From Terriglobus sp. (GTDB lineage Bacteria; Acidobacteriota; Terriglobia; Terriglobales; Acidobacteriaceae): a stretch of DNA of 57,521 nucleotides. Location: positions 1-57,521 of the forward strand of contig JAMFTB010000286.1 of NCBI GenBank assembly GCA_026225595.1, given 5' to 3'. Position numbers and translations under genes: made by a program. Positions 1 to 8,075 of the stretch are shown piece by piece. The stretch's first letter is position 1; the number at the start of each line of letters is the position of its first letter. A model generated the notes under the pieces. That model worked only from the letters and a program-made list of their open reading frames with translations, did no database searches and was not told where the DNA came from.

Positions 1-759
1 CTGGACGACGACGAAGATGAAGACGGAGTCTACGACGTGAACGATCCTGAAAGCGACAAGGCAGTACACACCGATCATGCAGAGCAGGCAATGTTGACTG
101 CTGCGCCCTCAACCCCGGTCGATCCGTACACGCCGGCAGAGACGGAGTCGATCCTTCCTGTGAGCGAGCCAGCAATTCCTTCGACACCGGTAAAGGTAGC
201 GAAGCCTGTCGTGAAGAAGGCAGCGCCAAAGAAAGCAGCCAAGAAGGCTGCTCCGAAAAAGGCCGCTAAAAAAGCTGCGAAGAAAGCCGCTCCCAAAAAG
301 GCGGCGAAAAAAGCAGTGAAGAAGGCAGCCAAGAAGGTTGTTGCGAAGAAGACCGTAGCGAAAAAGGCTGCGAAGAAGGTAGTAAAGAAGGCCGCCAAGA
401 AGGTGGCTACCAAAAAATCTGCGCCAGCAAAGAAAACCGCCAGCAAGAAGGCGGCAGGCGTAACGAAGTCTGCCACGAAACGGACGTTGACCAAGTCAGC
501 GGCTAAACGTGGCGGCAAAGCTGCCGGTAAGGCAGCAAAATCCAAACAGCGAGGCAAAACCTTGGCAATCAAAAAGGCACCTGCAAAGAAGACCGCAGCA
601 AAGAAGACTGTTGCGAAGAAGGCTCCGGCGAAGAAGACCGTAGCGAAGAAGGCACCGGCAAAGAAGACTGTTGCCAAGAAGGCACCAGCAAAGAAGACCG
701 TCAAGAAGGCTGTTAAGAAGGCCGTCAAGAAGGCTCCTGCAAAGAAGACCACCAAGTAG
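1..759 (+). CDS. 5'-truncated protein with an acidic stretch followed by a Lys/Ala-rich histone H1-like tail
   Basis: Frame is open from base 1 (LDDDEDEDGVYD...). About 180 aa of KKAA/KKAPAKKTVA repeats, then TAG and a terminator. Confidence 0.8.
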   Translation: MDDDEDEDGVYDVNDPESDKAVHTDHAEQAMLTAAPSTPVDPYTPAETESILPVSEPAIPSTPVKVAKPVVKKAAPKKAAKKAAPKKAAKKAAKKAAPKKAAKKAVKKAAKKVVAKKTVAKKAAKKVVKKAAKKVATKKSAPAKKTASKKAAGVTKSATKRTLTKSAAKRGGKAAGKAAKSKQRGKTLAIKKAPAKKTAAKKTVAKKAPAKKTVAKKAPAKKTVAKKAPAKKTVKKAVKKAVKKAPAKKTTK

Positions 760-816
760 TTTTGGCGTACTCTTCATCACGCAGCATCAACCCGTAGTAA
801 ACCGTAGTTAAGGCAA

Positions 817-862
817 GCAAAAAGGCCCGGCACCTCTTCACTGAGGCTCCGGGCCTTTTTGC
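817..862 (+). terminator. Intrinsic terminator, probably bidirectional
   Basis: GCAAAAAGGCCCGG...CCGGGCCTTTTTGC inverted repeat. Confidence 0.8.
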
Positions 863-892
863 GTCCCGAGATAATTGCTGTGTGAGGACAAA

Positions 893-930
893 GCAAAAGG
901 GAGGGCGCCTTTCGGCGCCCTCCCTTTTGC
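893..930 (-). terminator. Intrinsic terminator of the peroxiredoxin gene
   Basis: GCAAAAGGGAGGGCGCC-TTTC-GGCGCCCTCCCTTTTGC perfect hairpin. Confidence 0.85.
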
Positions 931-947
931 AAACTACTTCGACTGAG

Positions 948-1520
948 TTAGGACTTTGCAGCCTTGGCTTCCTTGATGGCAGCCAGCACTTCGTCGCTGT
1001 GGTTGTTTACCTGCACGTCAGGCCAAACCTTGATGACCTTGCCCTTGGGCGAGATGAGGAAGGTAACGCGCTTGGCGAACTTCATATCGCCGTGTGCCTG
1101 GATGGGTACGCCGTACGCGTCGACTACCTTGTGGTAAGGGTCGGCCAGCAGTTTGAAGGTCAGGTTCTCCTTCGTGCAGAACTGCTGGTGGCTCTCCACG
1201 GTGTCCAGGCTCACACCCAGCACGGCGGCGTTCGCGGCGTCATACATCTTCTGGTCGCGCTGGAAGTTGTGCGCCTCAATGGTGCATCCCTGCGTCTGAT
1301 CTTTGGGGTAAAAATACAGCACAACGAACTTTCCCTTGTACTGGCTCAGCTTGACCGTGTCCTTCTCCTGCTGCGAGGGCAGCGCAAAGTCCGGAGCGGA
1401 GGTACCCGGCTCCAGCATGGCGCCTGCGCCCGCTGCTGATGCAAAGCGCGCGGTACCGATACCCGCCGCAACCGTTAATGCCAACATGGACCACATACCT
1501 GCACGCTTCATTGCACTCAT
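948..1520 (-). CDS. bcp: Peroxiredoxin (BCP/PrxQ family) with signal peptide
   Basis: VVLYFYPKDQTQGCTIEA (PxxxTxxC motif) and a hydrophobic N-terminus. Confidence 0.9.
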   Translation of the reverse strand: MSAMKRAGMWSMLALTVAAGIGTARFASAAGAGAMLEPGTSAPDFALPSQQEKDTVKLSQYKGKFVVLYFYPKDQTQGCTIEAHNFQRDQKMYDAANAAVLGVSLDTVESHQQFCTKENLTFKLLADPYHKVVDAYGVPIQAHGDMKFAKRVTFLISPKGKVIKVWPDVQVNNHSDEVLAAIKEAKAAKS

Positions 1521-1685
1521 CTCCCTTGGGAACTGCTTCGTATTTCAAGCTTTCGGAGTTGATTATGACTCAGCGCGCTTGCGCCGGATAGCGACAAGCC
1601 GCGCGATTTGTAAATTGTTTGTCACCGCAATAGCAAAGGGATGACAGGAAAACCGTTATTTGCAGGGATTTGCGGTGAGCTTCCG

Positions 1686-2552
1686 CTAAACCGTCGGACG
1701 CGCTTCGCCCACAATGGCAATGCCTGCAGCGTTGGCCTCGCGCAGCATGGCAGCTTCATCAAACAGCAGCGTTCGGCCTGCCTCCACCGCAAGGCAGGTA
1801 GCGCCGGCGGCCTGCATGGCGCGCACCGTGGGCACACCCACAACGGGCACGTCGAATCGCAGATCCTGCTTTGGCTTTGCCACCTTCACGACCGTAAGCG
1901 AACGGGTGAGCGTGAATGCTTCGCCATCGCCTGCAGAACTCATCAGCAAACCGGCACGGGCGATGGTCGCGTCCGTACCCTCCATCGCCTCAACCGCAAC
2001 GCACGCGCCTGCGGCAATTACAACGGTTTGGCCAAGATCAAAGCCGGCCACACCGCGCGCGACCGTAAGTCCATAGGCAATATCGGCGCGCTCAGCCTCG
2101 CTGGGTGCGCGCGCGGTCAGCACACCCTCGCGCGCCAGCATCGGCTCCAGGTATGCGGTGGAGCTGATCAGTTCAATGCCCTCGTCGCTCAGCACCTTGG
2201 CCACCGCGCCCAGCAGCATGTCTGTATTGCGCGTGCTCAGGCTCATCAGCAGCTTGGCCAGCCGCCAGTCCGGCCGAATGCCGCTGAAGATCTGCTTGTG
2301 CCGCACCTGCCCGGCCATCACGGCGTTGGTCACGCCTGCTTTTTGAAATGTTTCGATGAGTTTGGATAGCTCGCCCAGGCTCATCCAGTGGACTTCCATG
2401 CCGCTGTCTTCTGCGGCACGCACATCCATCTCGGGGTCCGTCTCTTCCTTGATGGCCGCAACGACCACGTGCAGGCCGCGCGCCCGTGCAGCCTGCAGCA
2501 GCAGGAAGGGGAAGCGTCCATTACCCGCAATGAGTCCTAGCTTGTCCAGCAT
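1686..2552 (-). CDS. lpxI: UDP-2,3-diacylglucosamine diphosphatase LpxI
   Basis: LGLIAGNGRFP, DLGQTVV, AVEAMEGTD, KPKQDLRFDVP motifs; downstream of lpxA. Confidence 0.93.
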   Translation of the reverse strand: MLDKLGLIAGNGRFPFLLLQAARARGLHVVVAAIKEETDPEMDVRAAEDSGMEVHWMSLGELSKLIETFQKAGVTNAVMAGQVRHKQIFSGIRPDWRLAKLLMSLSTRNTDMLLGAVAKVLSDEGIELISSTAYLEPMLAREGVLTARAPSEAERADIAYGLTVARGVAGFDLGQTVVIAAGACVAVEAMEGTDATIARAGLLMSSAGDGEAFTLTRSLTVVKVAKPKQDLRFDVPVVGVPTVRAMQAAGATCLAVEAGRTLLFDEAAMLREANAAGIAIVGEARPTV

Positions 2553-2570
2553 CTGTCCTTCAGGCGATTG

Positions 2571-2846
2571 TTATGCGACGTGGCTGAGCTTGGCTGGTGA
2601 AAGGCCAAAATCGCGGACGATGCCTAACACTGATAAATCCTCGTCAACATCCGGCCAATGAATGCCGCTTCGCCGGCCCATCCACCGCCAGTTCTGTCTC
2701 TGTTCCGCAGTCGCAGCTGCAAGTCGCGGGGAATAACTAATTGGCCCGCTTGCCTCTGTGCCATCGGAAAAAACAACGCACAGCGTGGAGTCATCGATGC
2801 GCACGTCCACTGCAGATCGCTGCGGTCTAGCGTTTGAAGTATCCAT
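2571..2846 (-). CDS. DUF2442 family protein (putative antitoxin)
   Basis: SPRLAAATAEQRQNW...GIHWPDVDEDLSV signature. GGAGG SD precedes ATG 2846. Overlaps the DUF4160 gene. Confidence 0.85.
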   Translation of the reverse strand: MDTSNARPQRSAVDVRIDDSTLCVVFSDGTEASGPISYSPRLAAATAEQRQNWRWMGRRSGIHWPDVDEDLSVLGIVRDFGLSPAKLSHVA

Positions 2847-3063
2847 GCCATGCCTCCAGAAGAAACGTCTGATGCTCACGGATCAGGCCCTCGATCTCCT
2901 TCAATTCGCCGGATCGAAAGTCTTCGTTGTCAACGAGTGCAACATCCTCTAACCAGTATTTTGCCATCTTCTCCGCAGCAGACACATGGATATGCGGCGG
3001 TTCGTTTCCTTCATTTGACCAGAAAGAGAAGCGATAGGGACCAATCCGAAGGACAGTAGGCAT
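2827..3063 (-). CDS. DUF4160 family protein (putative toxin)
   Basis: MPTVLRIGPYRFSFWSNEGNEPPHIHV...AKYWL signature. Confidence 0.88.
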   Translation of the reverse strand: MPTVLRIGPYRFSFWSNEGNEPPHIHVSAAEKMAKYWLEDVALVDNEDFRSGELKEIEGLIREHQTFLLEAWHGYFKR

Positions 3064-3066
3064 GGC

Positions 3067-3852
3067 TTACTTGATGACGCCGCGCTCGCTCTTTGCGATG
3101 AACTCTGCCAGGTAGGCGACGCGCTCGCCGAACTCGCCGCTTGCGACCTTTTCGCGGATGGCTTCCACCGCCTGCGTGGTGTTCAGCTTGCTGCCCTGCA
3201 GCAGACGGTATGCTGCACGCAGCTGCTTGATCTCGTCGGGCGTGAAGCCGCGGCGTTCCAGCCCGACTTTGTTGATGCCGAACGCTTTGTTTTCGCGGCG
3301 AACGCTGGTCAGGCTATACGGCAGCACGTCCTGCGTGATGGTGGTTCCACCACCAATGTAGGCGTAGGCGCCGATAGTGCAGTACTGGTGTACCGGCGCG
3401 TTCGCGCTCAGGACTGCATAGTCCTCCACAATGACGTGACCGGCGAGCGTGGAGCCGTTGGGAAGGATGACGCCGTTGCCAATGTGGCTGTCATGCCCAA
3501 TGTGTACGTAGGCCATGATGAGGCAGCCATCGCCGATGGTCGTTTCACCACCGCCGCCCACGGTGCCCCGGCTCACGGTCACGCTCTCGCGGACGGTGTT
3601 ACCGTTGCCCATCGTCAGCTTGGTCGGCTCGCCCTTGTACTTCAGGTCTTGCGGGCTGCAGCCCAGGCTGGCGAAGGGGAAGACGCGGTTATCGTCACCC
3701 ATGGTCAGGTGCCCGTCCAGGATGACGTGGCTCACCAGCTCACAGCGCTCGCCCAGCACCACGTTGGGGCCAACGATGCAAAAGGGACCAACGGAGCAGC
3801 TCTCCGGAATGACTGCTCCCGGAGCGACCACCGCCATGGGATGGATCGGCAT
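3067..3852 (-). CDS. lpxA: Acyl-ACP--UDP-N-acetylglucosamine O-acyltransferase
   Basis: Hexapeptide repeats, PQDLKYKGE, HIGHD, VHQY, GINKVGLERRGF. Confidence 0.96.
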   Translation of the reverse strand: MPIHPMAVVAPGAVIPESCSVGPFCIVGPNVVLGERCELVSHVILDGHLTMGDDNRVFPFASLGCSPQDLKYKGEPTKLTMGNGNTVRESVTVSRGTVGGGGETTIGDGCLIMAYVHIGHDSHIGNGVILPNGSTLAGHVIVEDYAVLSANAPVHQYCTIGAYAYIGGGTTITQDVLPYSLTSVRRENKAFGINKVGLERRGFTPDEIKQLRAAYRLLQGSKLNTTQAVEAIREKVASGEFGERVAYLAEFIAKSERGVIK

Positions 3853-3854
3853 GG

Positions 3855-4394
3855 TTAGACTGCGGCCTCAGGCAGCGCAGATGCGGCTTCCTCGGCAGGT
3901 GCTGCAGGTGCAGCTTTAGCAGCGCCGGGGCGCGGAACGATCTGGCAGGTCACCGTTGCTTCGCAGGCAATCTTGCCATCTACCGTTGCCACGCCACGCA
4001 TCTTTACCGCGCGGCTGCGCCAGTTGATCACCGTAACTTCAATGCGCAGCTGGTCGCCGGGCACCACGGGCTTGCGGAACTTGGCGTCGTCAATGCCGGT
4101 AAAGACCATCAGCATATTGTCGCGGTTGGGATACTCGCGCAGCAGCAGAGCGCCGCCTGCCTGTGCAATGGCTTCCACCATCAGCACGCCGGGCATCAGC
4201 GGATAGTCGGGAAAGTGGCCCTGGAAGTGCGGCTCCGTGGCGGTGACATTCTTCAGGCACACAATGCGCTGGCGGGGCTCAATCTCTAAAACGCGGTCGA
4301 TCAGCAGGAAGGGAAAGCGATGCGGCAGGAACCGCATAATCTCCTGGATGTCCATTACCTGCGCGTTGCTCGGGGTCGTGCTCGCTTCACTCAT
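3855..4394 (-). CDS. fabZ: 3-hydroxyacyl-ACP dehydratase
   Basis: LPHRFPFLLIDRV, FQGHFP, MPGVLMVEAIAQ. Confidence 0.96.
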   Translation of the reverse strand: MSEASTTPSNAQVMDIQEIMRFLPHRFPFLLIDRVLEIEPRQRIVCLKNVTATEPHFQGHFPDYPLMPGVLMVEAIAQAGGALLLREYPNRDNMLMVFTGIDDAKFRKPVVPGDQLRIEVTVINWRSRAVKMRGVATVDGKIACEATVTCQIVPRPGAAKAAPAAPAEEAASALPEAAV

Positions 4395-4419
4395 AACTCG
4401 TAACAGTATAAGTGCGCCG

Positions 4420-4653
4420 TGTCCTGCCGGACGGGCGTCCTACGCGGACGGCGGGTGCTCACGCACCGCTTTACTGGCTTCGCCCCACCGCGAAGATTTG
4501 TCATCCTGAGCGGAGCGCAGCGAAGTCGAAGGACCTGCATTCTGCCGGGAGCGCCACGAACCTGAATCCCGGCCAACGGAAGGGCCACTCCAAAGGATGT
4601 AAAAAGGTGCATAAGCACCCGCCCCGCGCGCAGCGGGCCCGTCCGGCAGGACA
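4420..4653. mobile_element. TGTCCTGCCGG-bounded structured repeat, copy A, carrying a family-3 REP module (4499-4541)
   Basis: Terminal inverted repeats TGTCCTGCCGGACGGGC / GCCCGTCCGGCAGGACA; similar to four other copies in the window. Confidence 0.85.
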
Positions 4654-4661
4654 TGGGCGCC

Positions 4662-5657
4662 TCAGTATTTGTGTTTGCCAATGGGTGCGTTCGGGGCGAA
4701 CAGTGCCGGGTCCACCGGCTTGTACTCCATCTTTTCGACAAAGCGCTGCGCCACCATGTCTCCGTTGTAGTAGCGGGTGGTGGCGTACGGAGTGGGCAGG
4801 CCGCCTACATCGTGGAAGTCGCTGTATTCCTCCACATCCTCGTCAAAGTCCTTATAGAGGGCGTCGCGGAACTTGAAGATGCGCCGCAGCGGCAGGTGCG
4901 TGCTCTTCTCAATGTCCACATCGACGGTGTCGTTGTGGACATCGACCAGCGTTATCTCTTCCACCTCGCGCCGGGCTACAACCTTGGTGCCGCCGTAGAT
5001 CAGCAGCAGGTTCGGGTCCTTCAGCCACACATTGGCAATGGCATCCAGCGAGTAATGCTCGCGGCGAAAGTACTCCGTCTGCTGCAACGCAGGCAGCGGC
5101 TTGCGACCCTTGTAGGTCACCTCAACGCCCTCGTCCGCGGTCCATATCTGCACAATGTCGCGCTTCTTGGTCAGTTCAATGCGGTCTACAAAGGTGCCAT
5201 TGGCCAGCACGTGGTGGAACTGGATGTAGTCCGTCACGCCGGTGGGCTGGTTCTTGTAGAACGACGAGGTGTGGCCTTCCAGAACGTAGTCGCCGCGGTG
5301 TAGCCAGCGCTCGCCGCCAAGGGCGTTGTACATCGCGTTCAGCGCGGCGCGCGCCCTCTGCTGGTCAATCTCCTCACCCGGCTTGGGCTGCGTGACGATG
5401 ATCTGTTCTTCGCGCTTGGGCTGCTGCGGGCCAGCTACTGGGTGGGTGTCATCCAGTGCTGGATCGTGGGGATGGTCAGGCTCTTTACCAAACTGCGGCT
5501 TGTCGTCCTGCTTCTGATTTGTGTCCTGCGCGTGCAGGGAACCTGAGGCTAGCACGAACAAAAGGCAGAACGCAGCGATCGCTGCGAAACCGCGGCGATC
5601 TCGCGTTTTCTTGCTGCGTACGTGCTCTTTCTTTCGGAGGGGCATGGCTTCAGCCAT
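4662..5657 (-). CDS. Exported hypothetical protein, possibly LolA-like / lipoprotein-sorting fold; start uncertain
   Basis: Signal peptide ..AAFCLLFVLASGSLHA-QD; ALGGERWL; C-terminal YSDFHDVGGLPTP..VDPALF. The only usable upstream starts lie in the REP element. Confidence 0.75.
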   Translation of the reverse strand: MAEAMPLRKKEHVRSKKTRDRRGFAAIAAFCLLFVLASGSLHAQDTNQKQDDKPQFGKEPDHPHDPALDDTHPVAGPQQPKREEQIIVTQPKPGEEIDQQRARAALNAMYNALGGERWLHRGDYVLEGHTSSFYKNQPTGVTDYIQFHHVLANGTFVDRIELTKKRDIVQIWTADEGVEVTYKGRKPLPALQQTEYFRREHYSLDAIANVWLKDPNLLLIYGGTKVVARREVEEITLVDVHNDTVDVDIEKSTHLPLRRIFKFRDALYKDFDEDVEEYSDFHDVGGLPTPYATTRYYNGDMVAQRFVEKMEYKPVDPALFAPNAPIGKHKY

Positions 5658-5797
5658 GCCATTTCCTTCTTGCAGAACGAGCGGCTTCAGCCGCTGAGGG
5701 ATCCGTGCATCTGCCATCGAAAGACCTACCTCAGGGGCTGAAGCCCCAATTCCTTTTGCGGCCATTGCGGCGTGGCTTAAGCCACGCCCTTTCAAAA
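5632..5797. repeat. Family-2 REP doublet (REPIN-like)
   Basis: GGCATGGCTTCAGCCATGCC, GCGGCTTCAGCCGC, GGGGCTGAAGCCCC, GGCGTGGCTTAAGCCACGCC in mirror arrangement. Confidence 0.8.
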
Positions 5798-5922
5798 CGA
5801 CTGCCATTGTGGCGTAGCTCCAGCAGCCCTTTTCAAAACGTGTCATTGCGGCGTAGCTCCAGCCGCGCCTTTTCAAAACCGTGTCATTGCGGCGTTGCTC
5901 CAGCCACGCTCTTTCAAAAAAG
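5762..5922. repeat. Four ~41-bp tandem copies of a degenerate REP hairpin
   Basis: CATTGCGGCGTRGCT..AGCCRCGCC.TTTCAAAA units at 5763, 5805, 5844, 5885. Confidence 0.85.
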
Positions 5923-5959
5923 TGCCTGCGTCGTTCGTCCTGCTACTTCAGCTTTGCCA

Positions 5960-6769
5960 CTAGCCCACCAGCACCGCGCCGCCGTTTACGTTGAAGACCT
6001 CGCCTGTCACAAAGCCCGCCAGCGGCGTGCACAGGAACAGGATGGGGCCCGCAATCTCCTCCGGCGTGGCCACGCGGCCCAGCGGAATTGCGCCAAACAC
6101 CTTCTTGGACGAGATTGGATCGTTCAGGGTGCTTTCCGTCATCTCGGTATGCACCCAGCCGGGCGCAACGCAGTTTACGCGGATGCCGTCGCCAGCCAGT
6201 TCCGTCGAAAGCCCCTTCGTCATGCTGATGAGCGCGCCCTTGGTGGCGGCGTAGTCGGCGTGGAAGGCCTCGCCGCGCTGCGCTGCGGTGGAGCTGATCA
6301 GAACGATGTGGCCGCGTGTGCCGCCGTCTGCGGGCGCGGGCTGTTTCTGCATCTGGGCTACAGCACCGCGGATGAGGCCAAAGGCGCTGTCCAGATTTAT
6401 GCCCACGGTTGTGGCCCACTGCGCGTCCGTCATGCTGCCAATGGGTGCGTCATGCGGCGGCCAGACGCCGTGGTTGACCACCAGGCAATCCAGCTGGCCA
6501 AAGTGCGCGACGGCCGCGGCTACCAGCGATCCACCCTCCGCGGCAGAGGCCAGTTCCTGCCGGATGGCGAGACAGAACTCCGGCCCGCCAAGTTCGTCCT
6601 GCAGCGCAAGCGCCTGCGCCGATGCTGAGCGATAACTAAAAGCGACCCGTGCTCCAGCCTGGCGGAAGAGACGAACGGTGGCAGCACCAATGCCGCGCGA
6701 TCCGCCGGTAACCAGCGCCACGCGGCCCGCAAGTGAAAGAGCTACTCCAGATGAATTCGTTTGAGACAT
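5960..6769 (-). CDS. SDR family oxidoreductase (FabG-like)
   Basis: TGGSRGIG, YAATK, NCVAPGWV. Confidence 0.92.
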   Translation of the reverse strand: MSQTNSSGVALSLAGRVALVTGGSRGIGAATVRLFRQAGARVAFSYRSASAQALALQDELGGPEFCLAIRQELASAAEGGSLVAAAVAHFGQLDCLVVNHGVWPPHDAPIGSMTDAQWATTVGINLDSAFGLIRGAVAQMQKQPAPADGGTRGHIVLISSTAAQRGEAFHADYAATKGALISMTKGLSTELAGDGIRVNCVAPGWVHTEMTESTLNDPISSKKVFGAIPLGRVATPEEIAGPILFLCTPLAGFVTGEVFNVNGGAVLVG

Positions 6770-6826
6770 GAGGACAACGCTAGCGGGTAGAGCGCAGTTG
6801 GGCAAATCCGGGCCGGCGCAGCCGGT

Positions 6827-7252
6827 TCATTTTGCCTTTGCCTTCGCTTCAGCGCGTTTTTCGCGGATGGCTGCTCTGTATTCGCGGTCGCTGAGGGCGA
6901 GTGTGCGCTGCACGCGTGTGGGCAGCTTGGCCTCTACGCGGTTGTACGCGGCCTGCAGGTGCGCGTGGAACTCGGCGGCGGGGAATATATCCCAGCGGTC
7001 GATGGCGACCCAGTGGGCGCGGGCCAGGTAGGGCGCGGGCTGGACGCCTTCAATCTCGAGCAAATCGTTGAAGCGGTCAGGCGTAGCGGCGAAAGATGCC
7101 ACGAGTGACTCGCCGGGCTCAGGCACCAGCATGCAGAACATCTTGCCGCCAACGGCCTTGTCGCCCACCCAGTACACAAAATTGTCCCACTGCAGCGTCT
7201 CTTCCACGCGCGGCAGCTTCAGCAGGAATTCGCGGGTGCGATTCAGGCTCAT
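6827..7252 (-). CDS. MmcQ/YjbR family DNA-binding protein
   Basis: VGGKMF, PAPYLARAHWV. Confidence 0.85.
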   Translation of the reverse strand: MSLNRTREFLLKLPRVEETLQWDNFVYWVGDKAVGGKMFCMLVPEPGESLVASFAATPDRFNDLLEIEGVQPAPYLARAHWVAIDRWDIFPAAEFHAHLQAAYNRVEAKLPTRVQRTLALSDREYRAAIREKRAEAKAKAK

Positions 7253-7421
7253 AGCCGCAGCATACCCCGAACGGGCCAAAAGGGACGCGGTACGGGTTAG
7301 GCCCTACTCACACCTGCGGTTGGCAAAAAATGCCTTCGTGCAATGGGAGTTTCCTCCGCAGCAGCCGATATTGAGATTGTCAGCAGGGCAGTGAGCCTCC
7401 TGGCAGAAAAGAGTTCCTCCC

Positions 7422-7517
7422 ATGCATGAATTTTTCGTTGCTACCGTGTTCATCGCCATGATGGTTCTGCCCAGCGCCGTTGCCACCATGTCCGGCAAGG
7501 ACGAGACCGAGGCATAG
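7422..7517 (+). CDS. 31-aa single-helix small membrane protein (not in the ORF track)
   Basis: MHEFFVATVFIAMMVLPSAVATMSGKDETEA*; host-like GC3 codons; fills an otherwise empty gap. Confidence 0.6.
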   Translation: MHEFFVATVFIAMMVLPSAVATMSGKDETEA

Positions 7518-7629
7518 GTTTCCCGCTTCTGTTCCAAACAGAATCTCGGGAGGCAGCGGCGAGTGGTTCGCTCTGCCATTCACGTCTCAATCCTCACTTT
7601 GCAATGGCCGAGCTTTTAGAGCTGGCCGC

Positions 7630-7806
7630 TTAGCTTTGCCGCTGCATATGCCTTCTGATCGCGGCACGATCCATCGAAAGCTCACCGTCACCTGCCACCG
7701 TCCGAGCCGCCTCGCTGGGGCAGATGGTCTTGCCCGCAGCACGCTCGTGCAGCAGTTGCAGGATCGTCTCTTCCAGCGCATTTTCGGTTTCCACGTTCAG
7801 GTTCAT
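7630..7806 (-). pseudogene. Truncated DUF3253 family protein (58 aa)
   Basis: TILQLLHERAAGKTICPSEAARTVAG matches the DUF3253 N-terminal half; the usual C-terminal half is missing. Confidence 0.6.
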
Positions 7807-7860
7807 GCATTGTCCTATCTGCTATCCCCGCGAACTCAGTAAGGGATTTCCTTGAGGGGC

Positions 7861-8022
7861 TTTCGGAAGGGCATGGCTTAAGCCATGCCAATAAAAAGCT
7901 CAAACTCACTGGGCTTTAGCCCCTGAGGTTTAGCTTTCCCCTGCCAGAGAATTTCCCTCAGCGGCTAAAGCCGTTCCATGAAACGAGCGTATACGGCATG
8001 GCTAAAGCCATGCCCTTCCGAA
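7861..8022. repeat. Family-2 REP doublet (REPIN-like)
   Basis: TTCGGAAGGGCATGGCTTAAGCCATGCC...GGGCTTTAGCCC...GCGGCTAAAGCCG...GGCATGGCTAAAGCCATGCCCTTCCGAA. Confidence 0.85.
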
Positions 8023-8075
8023 GACTCATATTTGAAAGGCTCCAATCCCCGCGGCATGAACCCTCCTATACTTAG

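Noticed and set aside
75-755. Phe-rich membrane protein on the minus strand
   Set aside because: It is the antisense shadow of Lys (AAG/AAA) repeats.
5762-5922. CRISPR array
   Set aside because: The units abut with no unique spacers, derive from a REP hairpin, and no cas genes are present.
7304-7579. Cys-rich ORF as a RiPP precursor
   Set aside because: It lies antisense to the better-supported 31-aa gene and has no modifying enzymes nearby.
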